Positions 7,222 through 14,390 of a stretch of DNA of 44,199 nt are shown here, piece after piece. The notes below the pieces were generated by a model that had not been told where the DNA came from, did no database searches, and saw only the letters and a list, made by a program, of their open reading frames with translations. Source of the stretch: a virus; the IMG/VR virus record IMGVR_UViG_3300022924_000007, positions 1 to 44,199 of that record. One strand, written 5' to 3'. The first letter of the stretch is position 1; every line of letters begins with the position of its first letter. Both the position numbers and the translations under genes were made by a program.

Positions 7222-7308
7222 ATGGATATATTTGACGAGATCGGTGAGATCATAGCAGAAGGCGCAGAAGTAATTCTGGACGCAGTAGCAGAGTTCCTTA
7301 ACCTATAA
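7222..7308 (+). CDS. acidic micro-ORF, 28 aa
   Basis: Hand translation MDIFDEIGEIIAEGAEVILDAVAEFLNL; last ORF before the terminator hairpins. Confidence 0.3.
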   Translation: MDIFDEIGEIIAEGAEVILDAVAEFLNL

Positions 7309-7313
7309 AAAAA

Positions 7314-7356
7314 GACCCCTAAAATGGAGTCTTATAAACTGAATTAAATCAGTTTT
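7314..7356 (+). terminator. two tandem hairpins (gacccc/ggagtc and aaactga/tcagttt) followed by T runs
   Basis: Read directly; located in the intergenic gap after a gene block and before a new promoter. Confidence 0.45.
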
Positions 7357-7487
7357 GGAGAAAGGAGTTAAGCGTAGAGTAACGACAAAGAAACCTCTAC
7401 ACTATTTACTATAACATACATCAGTAGTATTGTCAATAGTTCAGAGGTGTAATTGTACATTCTACAACACTTTTTCCGGCAAAGGTA

Positions 7488-7517
7488 TTGACAAACAGTA
7501 ATCAATCATGGTAAGAT
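7488..7517 (+). promoter_or_regulatory. promoter: TTGACA-N18-TAAGAT
   Basis: ttgacaaacagtaatcaatcatggtaagat. Confidence 0.5.
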
Positions 7518-7523
7518 AGATAT

Positions 7524-7625
7524 ATGGAGAAAGAAACAGTGTTTTATATTTGTATAGCAGTAGTCATCGGAATCGTAGCGATCGGATGCATTACATGGCC
7601 ATTCATTAAGGAGTTAGATAAATGA
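7524..7625 (+). CDS. small membrane protein, 33 aa
   Basis: Hand translation MEKETVFYICIAVVIGIVAIGCITWPFIKELDK; the stop overlaps the next ATG (ATGA). Confidence 0.4.
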   Translation: MEKETVFYICIAVVIGIVAIGCITWPFIKELDK

Positions 7626-8920
7626 GTTATATCCAAGACAATGATGTTGACCTAGCATCGGCAGACGAAGCAATTCGTGCCCAAGAGGAATATGAGAAAT
7701 CAAAAACGAGTTACCACAGTAAGTTGGTTGGTGTCACATTTGAAGGACGACAGGACATTATTAAAGTCCTAGAAGGTACAGAAGAATTGCGAGTACGTAG
7801 GGAAGCTGATAATCAGTACGACCCTAAAGCAGTTGCAGTTGATGTATTGTTCGGTGAAGAATATGTACCTATTGGTTACATTGCGAAAGACAAGAATGAG
7901 GCACTGTCTCAAACATTAGACGCAGGCAATGAAGTTACGATCAAGCTTGCAAGTATTACGGGTGGCGGTGATAAAAGTTATGGTGTTAACATCGAACTTG
8001 AATACCAAAAGACAAAGGCACCTGTTAAAGAAGAAGTTAAGGCACCGGAACCTGCAGTATTACTATCACCTATTGATAAGCTACATCAGGCAGTCGATGA
8101 GTATGTTAAAAGCACACTTACAAAGACAGTTAAGTACACATCACGTTTACTTGGCAAAAGCACAATGGTTCAGGTTAATAACGGACACGTGGGACTTGAA
8201 GGTTATCTATCAGGTAGCTCATTCCCTAAAAAGTATTATCCTACATTCAATGAAGAAGAAATGCTTCAGAAGATGGCAGATAAGTTCGGAGTTGACAAGG
8301 CGCACATTAAAGCAATGTGGGGACTTAACCGAGATGCATCAACAGGATATGGTACAGCCATTCACGCTGCACTTGAAAACTATGACACATACTACAAGCT
8401 TGGTGATAAGATTAAATCTGTTAAGGTACTTAAGACTAAAACAACGGTCGGACCTAACAAGGCATTCAGTCGTAACCCATTCTTGAAGAAGATCGTAGAA
8501 GACTTCCACACATTGTTTGGTGGTGATTATGTACGACTCAACGAGCAGTTCGTATGGTTACACGATAAGAAATTATGTGGAGCTATTGACCGAGTTAAGG
8601 TTATTGATGCAGAGAAGAAGATTGTTCGTATTCAGGACTTTAAGACTGATGGCGACATTCACGAGAAGACATATCAGAATACAGATTCACCTTTCTATAA
8701 GTTGACACAGGGTACAGCGCCTAAAATGGGCAAAGAACTACTTGACCTACACTGGTTGCAATTGAGCTTTTACGCTTATATCTTGCAACAATACGGCTAC
8801 ACAGTCGAAGGCTTGGATGTTTATTGGTTGAACCCAACAAAACTTGCAGCAGGTGAAAATGCATGGGAAGAATTTAGTCACACAGTGATTGATATTTCAA
8901 AGGAGATTGAGAATGAGTAG
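7622..8920 (+). CDS. HIRAN domain + PD-(D/E)XK (RecB/Cas4-like) nuclease fusion, 432 aa
   Basis: The N-terminus LVGVTFEGRQ...ELRVRREADNQYDPKAVAV matches the HIRAN signature. The C-terminus carries GTAIHAALENY, AIDRV, IQDFKTD and QLSFYAYIL (the D...D/ExK...QxxxY nuclease motifs). Confidence 0.75.
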   Translation: MSYIQDNDVDLASADEAIRAQEEYEKSKTSYHSKLVGVTFEGRQDIIKVLEGTEELRVRREADNQYDPKAVAVDVLFGEEYVPIGYIAKDKNEALSQTLDAGNEVTIKLASITGGGDKSYGVNIELEYQKTKAPVKEEVKAPEPAVLLSPIDKLHQAVDEYVKSTLTKTVKYTSRLLGKSTMVQVNNGHVGLEGYLSGSSFPKKYYPTFNEEEMLQKMADKFGVDKAHIKAMWGLNRDASTGYGTAIHAALENYDTYYKLGDKIKSVKVLKTKTTVGPNKAFSRNPFLKKIVEDFHTLFGGDYVRLNEQFVWLHDKKLCGAIDRVKVIDAEKKIVRIQDFKTDGDIHEKTYQNTDSPFYKLTQGTAPKMGKELLDLHWLQLSFYAYILQQYGYTVEGLDVYWLNPTKLAAGENAWEEFSHTVIDISKEIENE

Positions 8921-9599
8921 TGTAAAAGCTGGTGATAGAGTAAAAATCATTGATAGAAAAAGTTCAGCGAGCCACAAACACGCAGGTGAAATAGTAACTA
9001 TCAGATCACTAGAATCAACTGATGGTGAGGGTTGTGAACCGGATTATGTGTACATTAAAGAGCATGAAACCGGTGGTTTATGGCTAGACGAAGTAGAATT
9101 AATTAAGGAGAATGAAATGACAAAGTTTACAGTAGGACAATTAGTACAATTGGTATCAAACGCTAAGGATTTAGGTTCTGTTGATAATGAACGATTCTTT
9201 GGTCAACTACTTAGAGTAGAGCGTGTAGGTGAAGACGATTATAACATCCGAGTTGTACCAACAGAAGGAAGTAATGGCGAAGATGACTATGAATATTTCC
9301 GTGAGTCACAGCTAGAAGTGGCAGAAGTCAACTTTGAAACTGCACGAGCAGGCGACAAGGTTAAAGACAATGATGGCGATGAGTATATTGTTCTTGCAAA
9401 AGTAGGTAACATTATTGCACTCAGTGGATATGGTAGTAGCCAAAGCGAGTTCCGTGAATGGTACACTAAGTCTGACTTTGAAGATGCAACATTTACATTT
9501 ATTCAACCAGAGACCACACCGGTTGTTAAAGAGGTTACACTTGAAGAAGTTGCAAAATCTCTCGGTGTACCAGTAGAAACACTACGGATTAAGGACTAA
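8913..9599 (+). CDS. hypothetical protein, 228 aa, with three SH3/KOW-like (A/V)GD.VK modules
   Basis: ATG at 8913 preceded by RBS aaggag; track ORF 8889.. extends upstream into the previous gene. Confidence 0.65.
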   Translation: MSSVKAGDRVKIIDRKSSASHKHAGEIVTIRSLESTDGEGCEPDYVYIKEHETGGLWLDEVELIKENEMTKFTVGQLVQLVSNAKDLGSVDNERFFGQLLRVERVGEDDYNIRVVPTEGSNGEDDYEYFRESQLEVAEVNFETARAGDKVKDNDGDEYIVLAKVGNIIALSGYGSSQSEFREWYTKSDFEDATFTFIQPETTPVVKEVTLEEVAKSLGVPVETLRIKD

Positions 9600-9600
9600 T

Positions 9601-9882
9601 ATGATCAAGTATTACAAAGTATTACAGACAAACTTCTTGTGGGACGAGGGTGCAATCATTGAATGTAACCCAGACCGAGATAACGGTTATACACCTGTAG
9701 ATGATATTTGGGACCACACTGAAAGTAATGGTAATGAGTATATCTCATCACGTATTATTGAAGATGAAGGTAACAAGGAATTCTTTGAACGTGTTTATCC
9801 TATTGGCAAACTTGAAAAGATGGTATTTGGAGACAAGAGGCAAGCACAAGCTGCTGCAGCTGCACTACACAAAGCAAAATAG
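9601..9882 (+). CDS. hypothetical protein, 93 aa
   Basis: ORF coupled to the previous gene (TAATATG). Confidence 0.65.
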   Translation: MIKYYKVLQTNFLWDEGAIIECNPDRDNGYTPVDDIWDHTESNGNEYISSRIIEDEGNKEFFERVYPIGKLEKMVFGDKRQAQAAAAALHKAK

Positions 9883-9891
9883 GAGGTTCAC

Positions 9892-9969
9892 ATGGCCGAA
9901 AAAGAAGTTGAGTATGAAGACCCAGAGATAATCATAGCATTACTCGAAGAGGAAAAGGAAAACCAGTGA
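9892..9969 (+). CDS. acidic micro-ORF, 25 aa
   Basis: RBS aggagg lies 5 nt upstream. Hand translation MAEKEVEYEDPEIIIALLEEEKENQ. Confidence 0.35.
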   Translation: MAEKEVEYEDPEIIIALLEEEKENQ

Positions 9970-10151
9970 GTCTTAGGTTAGAAGAACAAACAGTTGATCT
10001 TCAAGATATTAAGGTGCAAGAAGTCAATAGTTATATGTATGCAGGTACACACTTCATAGATATAGTAGGGGCTGATGTAGAAGATATACTTGAAGCAATT
10101 GGTGAAGATATAGTAAAGAAGTATTTTGATATTCCAGAGGAGGAGTTATAA
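9966..10151 (+). CDS. hypothetical acidic protein, 61 aa (GTG start)
   Basis: Track ORF; GTGA overlap with the preceding micro-ORF. Confidence 0.5.
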   Translation: MSLRLEEQTVDLQDIKVQEVNSYMYAGTHFIDIVGADVEDILEAIGEDIVKKYFDIPEEEL

Positions 10152-10648
10152 TGGGAATTAGTAAAAAGAAGTTTAATGCAGAAGTTGCAGATACAACTCA
10201 ATCATTTATTAATGTAAAGAAAGAAATGGACTTGGCTTTCGAGTTGATCGGAGACCTACAAAAGTCTGTACGTGACTACGCATCTATTGCAAAGAACGCA
10301 CAATCTCGTGCTGATATTGCTATCAAGGAAAATGAATCATTACGTGAATACGTTTACGAACGATTTGGTCAACTTGACAATAACGGTGTAGCAACAGCAA
10401 TTAACAAGCTTAATGATGAAGTGTTCAAAGAACGTAAGGAAAAGAAAAATGCTCTACGTGTTAACTTTGATTACCTATTTGGTATTGCAACAACAACACC
10501 TAAGCCAGTAGAAGAAGTTACTCTTGCCGGTAAGGTTGAAGCGATCGCAGAACACCTCAAATTGAACTTTGAAGTAGCACCTGAAGAAGTAAAAGCTGCT
10601 AAACCAGTGGCTAAAAAAGTAGTAACAAAGAAGAAGGGCCGACGATAA
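10151..10648 (+). CDS. hypothetical coiled-coil protein, 165 aa, with a basic C-terminus
   Basis: ORF preceded by RBS gaggagg. Confidence 0.65.
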   Translation: MGISKKKFNAEVADTTQSFINVKKEMDLAFELIGDLQKSVRDYASIAKNAQSRADIAIKENESLREYVYERFGQLDNNGVATAINKLNDEVFKERKEKKNALRVNFDYLFGIATTTPKPVEEVTLAGKVEAIAEHLKLNFEVAPEEVKAAKPVAKKVVTKKKGRR

Positions 10649-10649
10649 T

Positions 10650-11114
10650 ATGGCAAAAGACCTAAAAGTAGCAAAAGCATTTCAATCAACAGTAAGTAAA
10701 GAAGACAAAACTCCACAGGTTGTACAAACTCGTGGTGGTGAAATGCACAAATTTATGGTGCAGTTTGAAGGACGTAACGACTGGATTGGTATTCTTAAGA
10801 AACCTGGAAACGTAGTTAACGCCGGAGACTCTCTTTATGGTAACATTATCGAAGATGGTCAATGGGGCAAGCCTGAATTCAAGGGTGAGCAGAAACCATT
10901 TGGTGAAGCTTCAGCGCCACAAGCTGGACAATCACGTACAGCATCTACAGCACAACCTAGCGGAACAGTGGAGGAAAAACTGGACTATCTTATTAGCCTA
11001 GTTGAAAACTTTCTGGAATCTCAAGGCAGCGCAAAGCGAACACCTACTACCACTGATACGGTCATTGAAGACGTTGACGATGGGCCAGTAGACCTTTCAG
11101 AACTACCTTACTAA
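10650..11114 (+). CDS. putative ssDNA-binding protein, 154 aa
   Basis: Beta-rich N-terminal half, a low-complexity linker, and an acidic C-terminal tip DDGPVDLSELPY that recalls the SSB tail (D-D-D-I-P-F). The assignment is weak. Confidence 0.35.
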   Translation: MAKDLKVAKAFQSTVSKEDKTPQVVQTRGGEMHKFMVQFEGRNDWIGILKKPGNVVNAGDSLYGNIIEDGQWGKPEFKGEQKPFGEASAPQAGQSRTASTAQPSGTVEEKLDYLISLVENFLESQGSAKRTPTTTDTVIEDVDDGPVDLSELPY

Positions 11115-11127
11115 TTAAGGAGAATAT

Positions 11128-11568
11128 ATGGCATTTACCGATGAACAATTAGGTAATATGCTTGTGAACATGGCGAGTATCTACCATCATCTCACTAATG
11201 AGGACAACCTCAAGGGGATGACTGGTGATGCTTTGTCGTATACAGGTGTAAAACTAGCAGCAATGAAAGCATCCATCATTGAACTGAAACATGCAGCACA
11301 CAAGGAACTACTTGAAAAAGAAGTATTGCTCGGAAAAGCGAAAGCTGAAGCATACTACAAATACAAGAAGGAACATGGCTCTACTGCAGCAGGTGATATG
11401 AAATACATGGATGAAGATTTTATCGCAGCACAACGAGAGCACAATACAGCTAAATCATCCTACGAACAGCTCAAGGGTACTACGGCAGACGTACACGATC
11501 TACTCGAACAAATCCAGACTCGTATTATCGACCTAGGTGGACAGCGTAAAGACGAACGGACTCACTAG
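11128..11568 (+). CDS. hypothetical helical protein, 146 aa
   Basis: ORF preceded by RBS aaggag. Confidence 0.65.
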   Translation: MAFTDEQLGNMLVNMASIYHHLTNEDNLKGMTGDALSYTGVKLAAMKASIIELKHAAHKELLEKEVLLGKAKAEAYYKYKKEHGSTAAGDMKYMDEDFIAAQREHNTAKSSYEQLKGTTADVHDLLEQIQTRIIDLGGQRKDERTH

Positions 11569-11801
11569 TGGGCTTTCAGGATATGCCTCGTGTATTACAT
11601 GAAGCAGCCAGTCGCAAAGGTGGAGGGGTTAGGAAGCCGAAAGGTTTGGCTAAACAATCATTAGAACGACGTAAAGAAATAGCTTCTTTGGGAGGCAAAA
11701 CAAGTGCAGATAATCGTAGAAAAGGAACCAAGCAGACGCAAGTTGATTCACATAACCGTGGAACGAACTTGGCAGACGTTCTTGGAGCATTAGATGAATA
11801 A
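11568..11801 (+). CDS. small basic protein with KGG-type (YciG-like stress repeat) motifs, 77 aa
   Basis: SRKGGGVRKPKGLA...RRKEIASLGGKTS resembles the GG-x-FA...A-x-x-GGxxS repeat. The start is uncertain (GTG at 11568 or ATG at 11583). Confidence 0.45.
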   Translation: MGFQDMPRVLHEAASRKGGGVRKPKGLAKQSLERRKEIASLGGKTSADNRRKGTKQTQVDSHNRGTNLADVLGALDE

Positions 11802-12180
11802 GTACAGAAATAAGTTTGAGGAGAAGACCGGAGATGACCTTACACAAAAAGGAATACAGTTTGGGTACGAGACCGAGAAGCTTGATTACAGCGTTGCCGG
11901 CAGGTACTTACCGGATTTCATCATCACACGGAAGAACGGTAGTAAGGTTTATATCGAGACCAAGGGAAACGGACGTTCATTTGACGGCCCTTCCCGTAGG
12001 AAGCTACTCGCCGTTAAGTCCCAACACCCTGAAGTTGATCTCAGAATTGTATTCTACTCAGATGGGAAAATCGGGGCAACACGAAAAGATGGTTCCAGAG
12101 CAACTCAATCGGAGTGGGCAGAAAAGAACGGCTTTAAGTGGGCGATCAAAGTAATTCCGGAGGCATGGCTTGAGGAATGA
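11794..12180 (+). CDS. T7 endonuclease I-like Holliday junction resolvase, 128 aa
   Basis: YLPDFIITRKNGSKVYIETKG matches the endonuclease I PD-(D/E)XK core (Y.PDF...G..hE.KG). Confidence 0.7.
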   Translation: MNKYRNKFEEKTGDDLTQKGIQFGYETEKLDYSVAGRYLPDFIITRKNGSKVYIETKGNGRSFDGPSRRKLLAVKSQHPEVDLRIVFYSDGKIGATRKDGSRATQSEWAEKNGFKWAIKVIPEAWLEE

Positions 12181-12466
12181 AGAATATTTTAATAGTGCGG
12201 ACTGGATTAGGTTCAGGATTCACTGGCTCAAGGATAACCCTCCGCTCGACAACGGGTATTATCTTTGCGGGATTTGTGGTCATTGGGTTGCAGCTGAGGA
12301 AGTTACGCTCGATCACATCATCCCCAGGACAGCGCAGAACATGTTTGACCCTAATAATATTCAACCGGCACATGGTATATGTAACTATAACAAAGGAAGT
12401 AAAAGATGGCAGCCAAAAGTAACCAAAGAAACTTACGAATTCCTGAATCTCATATCACATATGTAA
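12170..12466 (+). CDS. HNH endonuclease, 98 aa (TTG start)
   Basis: CGICGHWV...LDHIIPR...N.QPAHGICNYNKG is an HNH motif with flanking Cys pairs. RBS ggagg lies 6 nt before the TTG. Confidence 0.8.
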   Translation: MRNEEYFNSADWIRFRIHWLKDNPPLDNGYYLCGICGHWVAAEEVTLDHIIPRTAQNMFDPNNIQPAHGICNYNKGSKRWQPKVTKETYEFLNLISHM

Positions 12467-12611
12467 CTCAGGATGGTGAGCGAATGAAATACCCTTCGTT
12501 AATGGGTAACGTACCACGAGTATCGGGCATCCGTACAGGTGGGGACAAAGAATTTTTAGCTAGTAATAATGGCAAATTGTCGAAATTACAACACAATTTT
12601 AGCTAAATCTA

Positions 12612-12640
12612 TTGACTTTTGCATACTTCTTTGATAAGAT
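12612..12640 (+). promoter_or_regulatory. promoter: TTGACT-N17-TAAGAT
   Basis: ttgacttttgcatacttctttgataagat. Confidence 0.5.
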
Positions 12641-12709
12641 AGTAAGATAGAAAGGGGAAATATATGAGTCAAATTAAACAATTAGTTCCACAAGAAGTAA
12701 ACGCATTTG

Positions 12710-13420
12710 ATGAAATTGATTTCAGTGAACAAGTTGCCTAACATTAGGCAGAGACTTGAGAAATCTATCCCTTTAATATTAGATAACCAAGGAGGTTACA
12801 TTAGTAACTTTTTAAATAAGGTGAAGCTCTGGATAATTCCTATTGCAGTAGCTCTCCTGATCGTAGTAAATGCCGTGGTTCTGACACGATTCAGTGATAC
12901 AAACCAAAAGTTTGTTGAGCAGCAAAGTATGACGATCGAAACTAAAAATACTCTACGGAGTGTTCAAGGTGAGAAAGCGAAGGTGGATACCTCGTTAAAG
13001 GAAGAACGACTAAAAGCTGAAAATCTCCAAACGGAGAATGAAAGTTTAAAAGTCAGCTTGCAAGCTAAAAAAGATGCAGAAGCGAAAAAGATATATCCGG
13101 TTGCAGAAGTGCCCAAAGTGGCAGCAACGGTATCTATTATTAGCGGAACTAAATCAGATTGGCTTGCAGCGTCTGGAATACCAGAAGACCAATGGAGCTA
13201 CGTTGATTCAATCGTAACCCGTGAGTCTGGATGGAATCCTAATGCAATCAATAAATCCTCTGGGGCCTGCGGTCTAGGACAACAATTACCTTGTGGTAAA
13301 TGGTCTGGCGCATGGAATGACCCAGTAGCAGCGTTGATAGCTATGAACGGTTACGTAACATCACGTTATGGTAGCTGGGCAGGAGCAGTTGCATTTTGGA
13401 ATACTAATCACTGGTATTAA
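12710..13420 (+). CDS. membrane-anchored coiled-coil protein with a C-terminal lysozyme/transglycosylase-like domain, ~236 aa
   Basis: TM segment LWIIPIAVALLIVVNAVVL and a coiled coil, followed by SIVTRESGWNPNAINKSSGACGLGQ, which resembles the (E)SGGNpnA.N.sSGA.GlfQ core of IsaA/SceD-type transglycosylase-like domains. The start is uncertain (TTG at 12707 or ATG at 12710). Confidence 0.6.
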   Translation: MKLISVNKLPNIRQRLEKSIPLILDNQGGYISNFLNKVKLWIIPIAVALLIVVNAVVLTRFSDTNQKFVEQQSMTIETKNTLRSVQGEKAKVDTSLKEERLKAENLQTENESLKVSLQAKKDAEAKKIYPVAEVPKVAATVSIISGTKSDWLAASGIPEDQWSYVDSIVTRESGWNPNAINKSSGACGLGQQLPCGKWSGAWNDPVAALIAMNGYVTSRYGSWAGAVAFWNTNHWY

Positions 13421-13429
13421 AAAACAACG

Positions 13430-14092
13430 GGCCTCTAAGCTATATTAGATGTGAGGATAACTGGCGGTGGAACAACTTTTGTGACCCAGTACCGTCTTAT
13501 GGTGTGGTGTATAGCCCTTTATTGGGATTTGAGAAATTGGCTCTGCTTCGGTATCCAACTCATCTAGCATGGAATCTTGGTGCAAGTCCAAGTCACACTT
13601 TTTATATGCCCGTACCTGCAGGAATTGGCCAAGCAGGTGTTAGCTAACGGGTTGGGGTAGCTCCCCATCAAGAACCCACGAGGATGATAATTTGTTTCAT
13701 TAGTAGTGGTTTTACACATTTCTTCGGAAGAGATATTTGCACATGCGTGTTGACTCTAAATAAACAGTGCTTTATGCCACTAACTCAGCGAAGTAATCGT
13801 CTCGTTGACCTGTTGAATTGAACTTACTTCATACTTGAAGGGAAGGAAACTACGAGATAGCCGTGCACAGGCGATTCTGAAAGTGCCAACAGCGAGAGAA
13901 GAAGGAAGACGGTTGGAGTCCGTGCGGTGGCTACAATTATTGATACAGACAAGGCAGCTTCTGTGGGAAGGTTATGCATAAACACCCAGAGTCGCATACA
14001 CGGTTGGAGGCGTAAGTCCCATAAAGGAAGTCCGTGGTAGGTAGCGTGTGGTATCCGTTTATGGTGGGAACATTTCGTAAAAATGTTAATCA
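13430..14092 (+). ncRNA. candidate large structured ncRNA (GOLLD/ROOL-class or novel); boundaries approximate
   Basis: There is no plus-strand ORF in the track. The region is G+C richer than its flanks and holds many short perfect helices, UUCG loops, T-arm-like hairpins and a duplicated module. It lies immediately upstream of the tRNA-like element and the tRNA. Confidence 0.4.
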
Positions 14093-14174
14093 GGGGTAGT
14101 AACTGGTTTGATTGCATTGAAAGCCTGAAAAGGAACGATGTAAGACGAGTGTTCGATTCACTCCTACTCCACCA
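14093..14174 (+). ncRNA. 82-nt tRNA-like element: 7-bp acceptor stem (G3:U70), T-arm GAGTG-TTCGATT-CACTC, encoded ACCA, no canonical D or anticodon arm
   Basis: Hand fold: ggggtag (14093-14099) pairs with ctactcc (14164-14170). The T-arm is 14147-14163 and the discriminator A plus CCA is 14171-14174. Confidence 0.5.
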
Positions 14175-14313
14175 AACAATATAGGGTGAATTAGTAGTCC
14201 TTTAGATATGCCACTAGCCTCTTCGTGAAAGCTAGTCCCCAGTCTATAAAGTTCTGCACCGGAACGGGTAGGTGTCTGGTTTCTGTCAGAGTTCCATGTT
14301 AAAAACTCAAGAA

Positions 14314-14390
14314 CAGGGTGTAACTCAGTTGGTTAGAGTGCTCGGTCTGGAACCGAGATGTCGGGGGTTCGAGTCCCTCTGCCTTGACCA
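14314..14390 (+). tRNA. tRNA, anticodon UGG (Pro by anticodon), 77 nt with encoded CCA; noncanonical C33 and A37
   Basis: Full cloverleaf folded by hand. Acceptor cagggtg/tgccttg (C1:G72, G3:U70). D-arm actc-agttggtta-gagt. Anticodon arm ctcgg-tctggaa-ccgag. Variable loop atgtc. T-arm ggggg-ttcgagt-ccctc. A73-CCA. Confidence 0.8.

Noticed and set aside
7929-8486. 185-aa alternative-frame ORF inside the HIRAN-nuclease gene
   Set aside because: It is an out-of-frame overlap with a motif-supported gene. Its composition is Arg/Leu/Ser/His-rich, typical of a wrong frame.
12406-12606. 66-aa ORF following the HNH gene
   Set aside because: It overlaps the HNH 3' end by 60 nt and has no convincing RBS at any internal start. 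The composition is weak. It was left unannotated, though a short real peptide cannot be excluded.
12664-12741. 25-codon ORF MSQIKQLVPQEVNAFDEIDFSEQVA with RBS ggggaaa just after the 12612 promoter
   Set aside because: It is possibly a real leader peptide, but it overlaps the likely start of the transglycosylase-like gene. It is too short to support without conservation data.
13824-14117. 97-aa minus-strand ORF inside the ncRNA locus
   Set aside because: It is antisense to the surrounding operon and has no RBS. Its sequence is odd and low in information. It spans the GC-rich helical core, which is better explained as structured RNA.
13653-14174. Full-length tmRNA (5' GGGGTAG at ~13654 pairing with the 3' CTACTCC-ACCA end)
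   Set aside because: The upstream GGGGTAG is consumed by a local hairpin (tgggg-tagct-cccca). I could find neither a resume codon / tag reading frame ending in a typical ...AA-stop nor the pseudoknot series. Only the 82-nt tRNA-like domain version is supportable.
14175-14313. Possible third tRNA between the tRNA-like element and tRNA(UGG)
   Set aside because: There is no T-loop consensus and no acceptor pairing. Only isolated hairpins are present (for example ctagc/gctag at 14214-14235).
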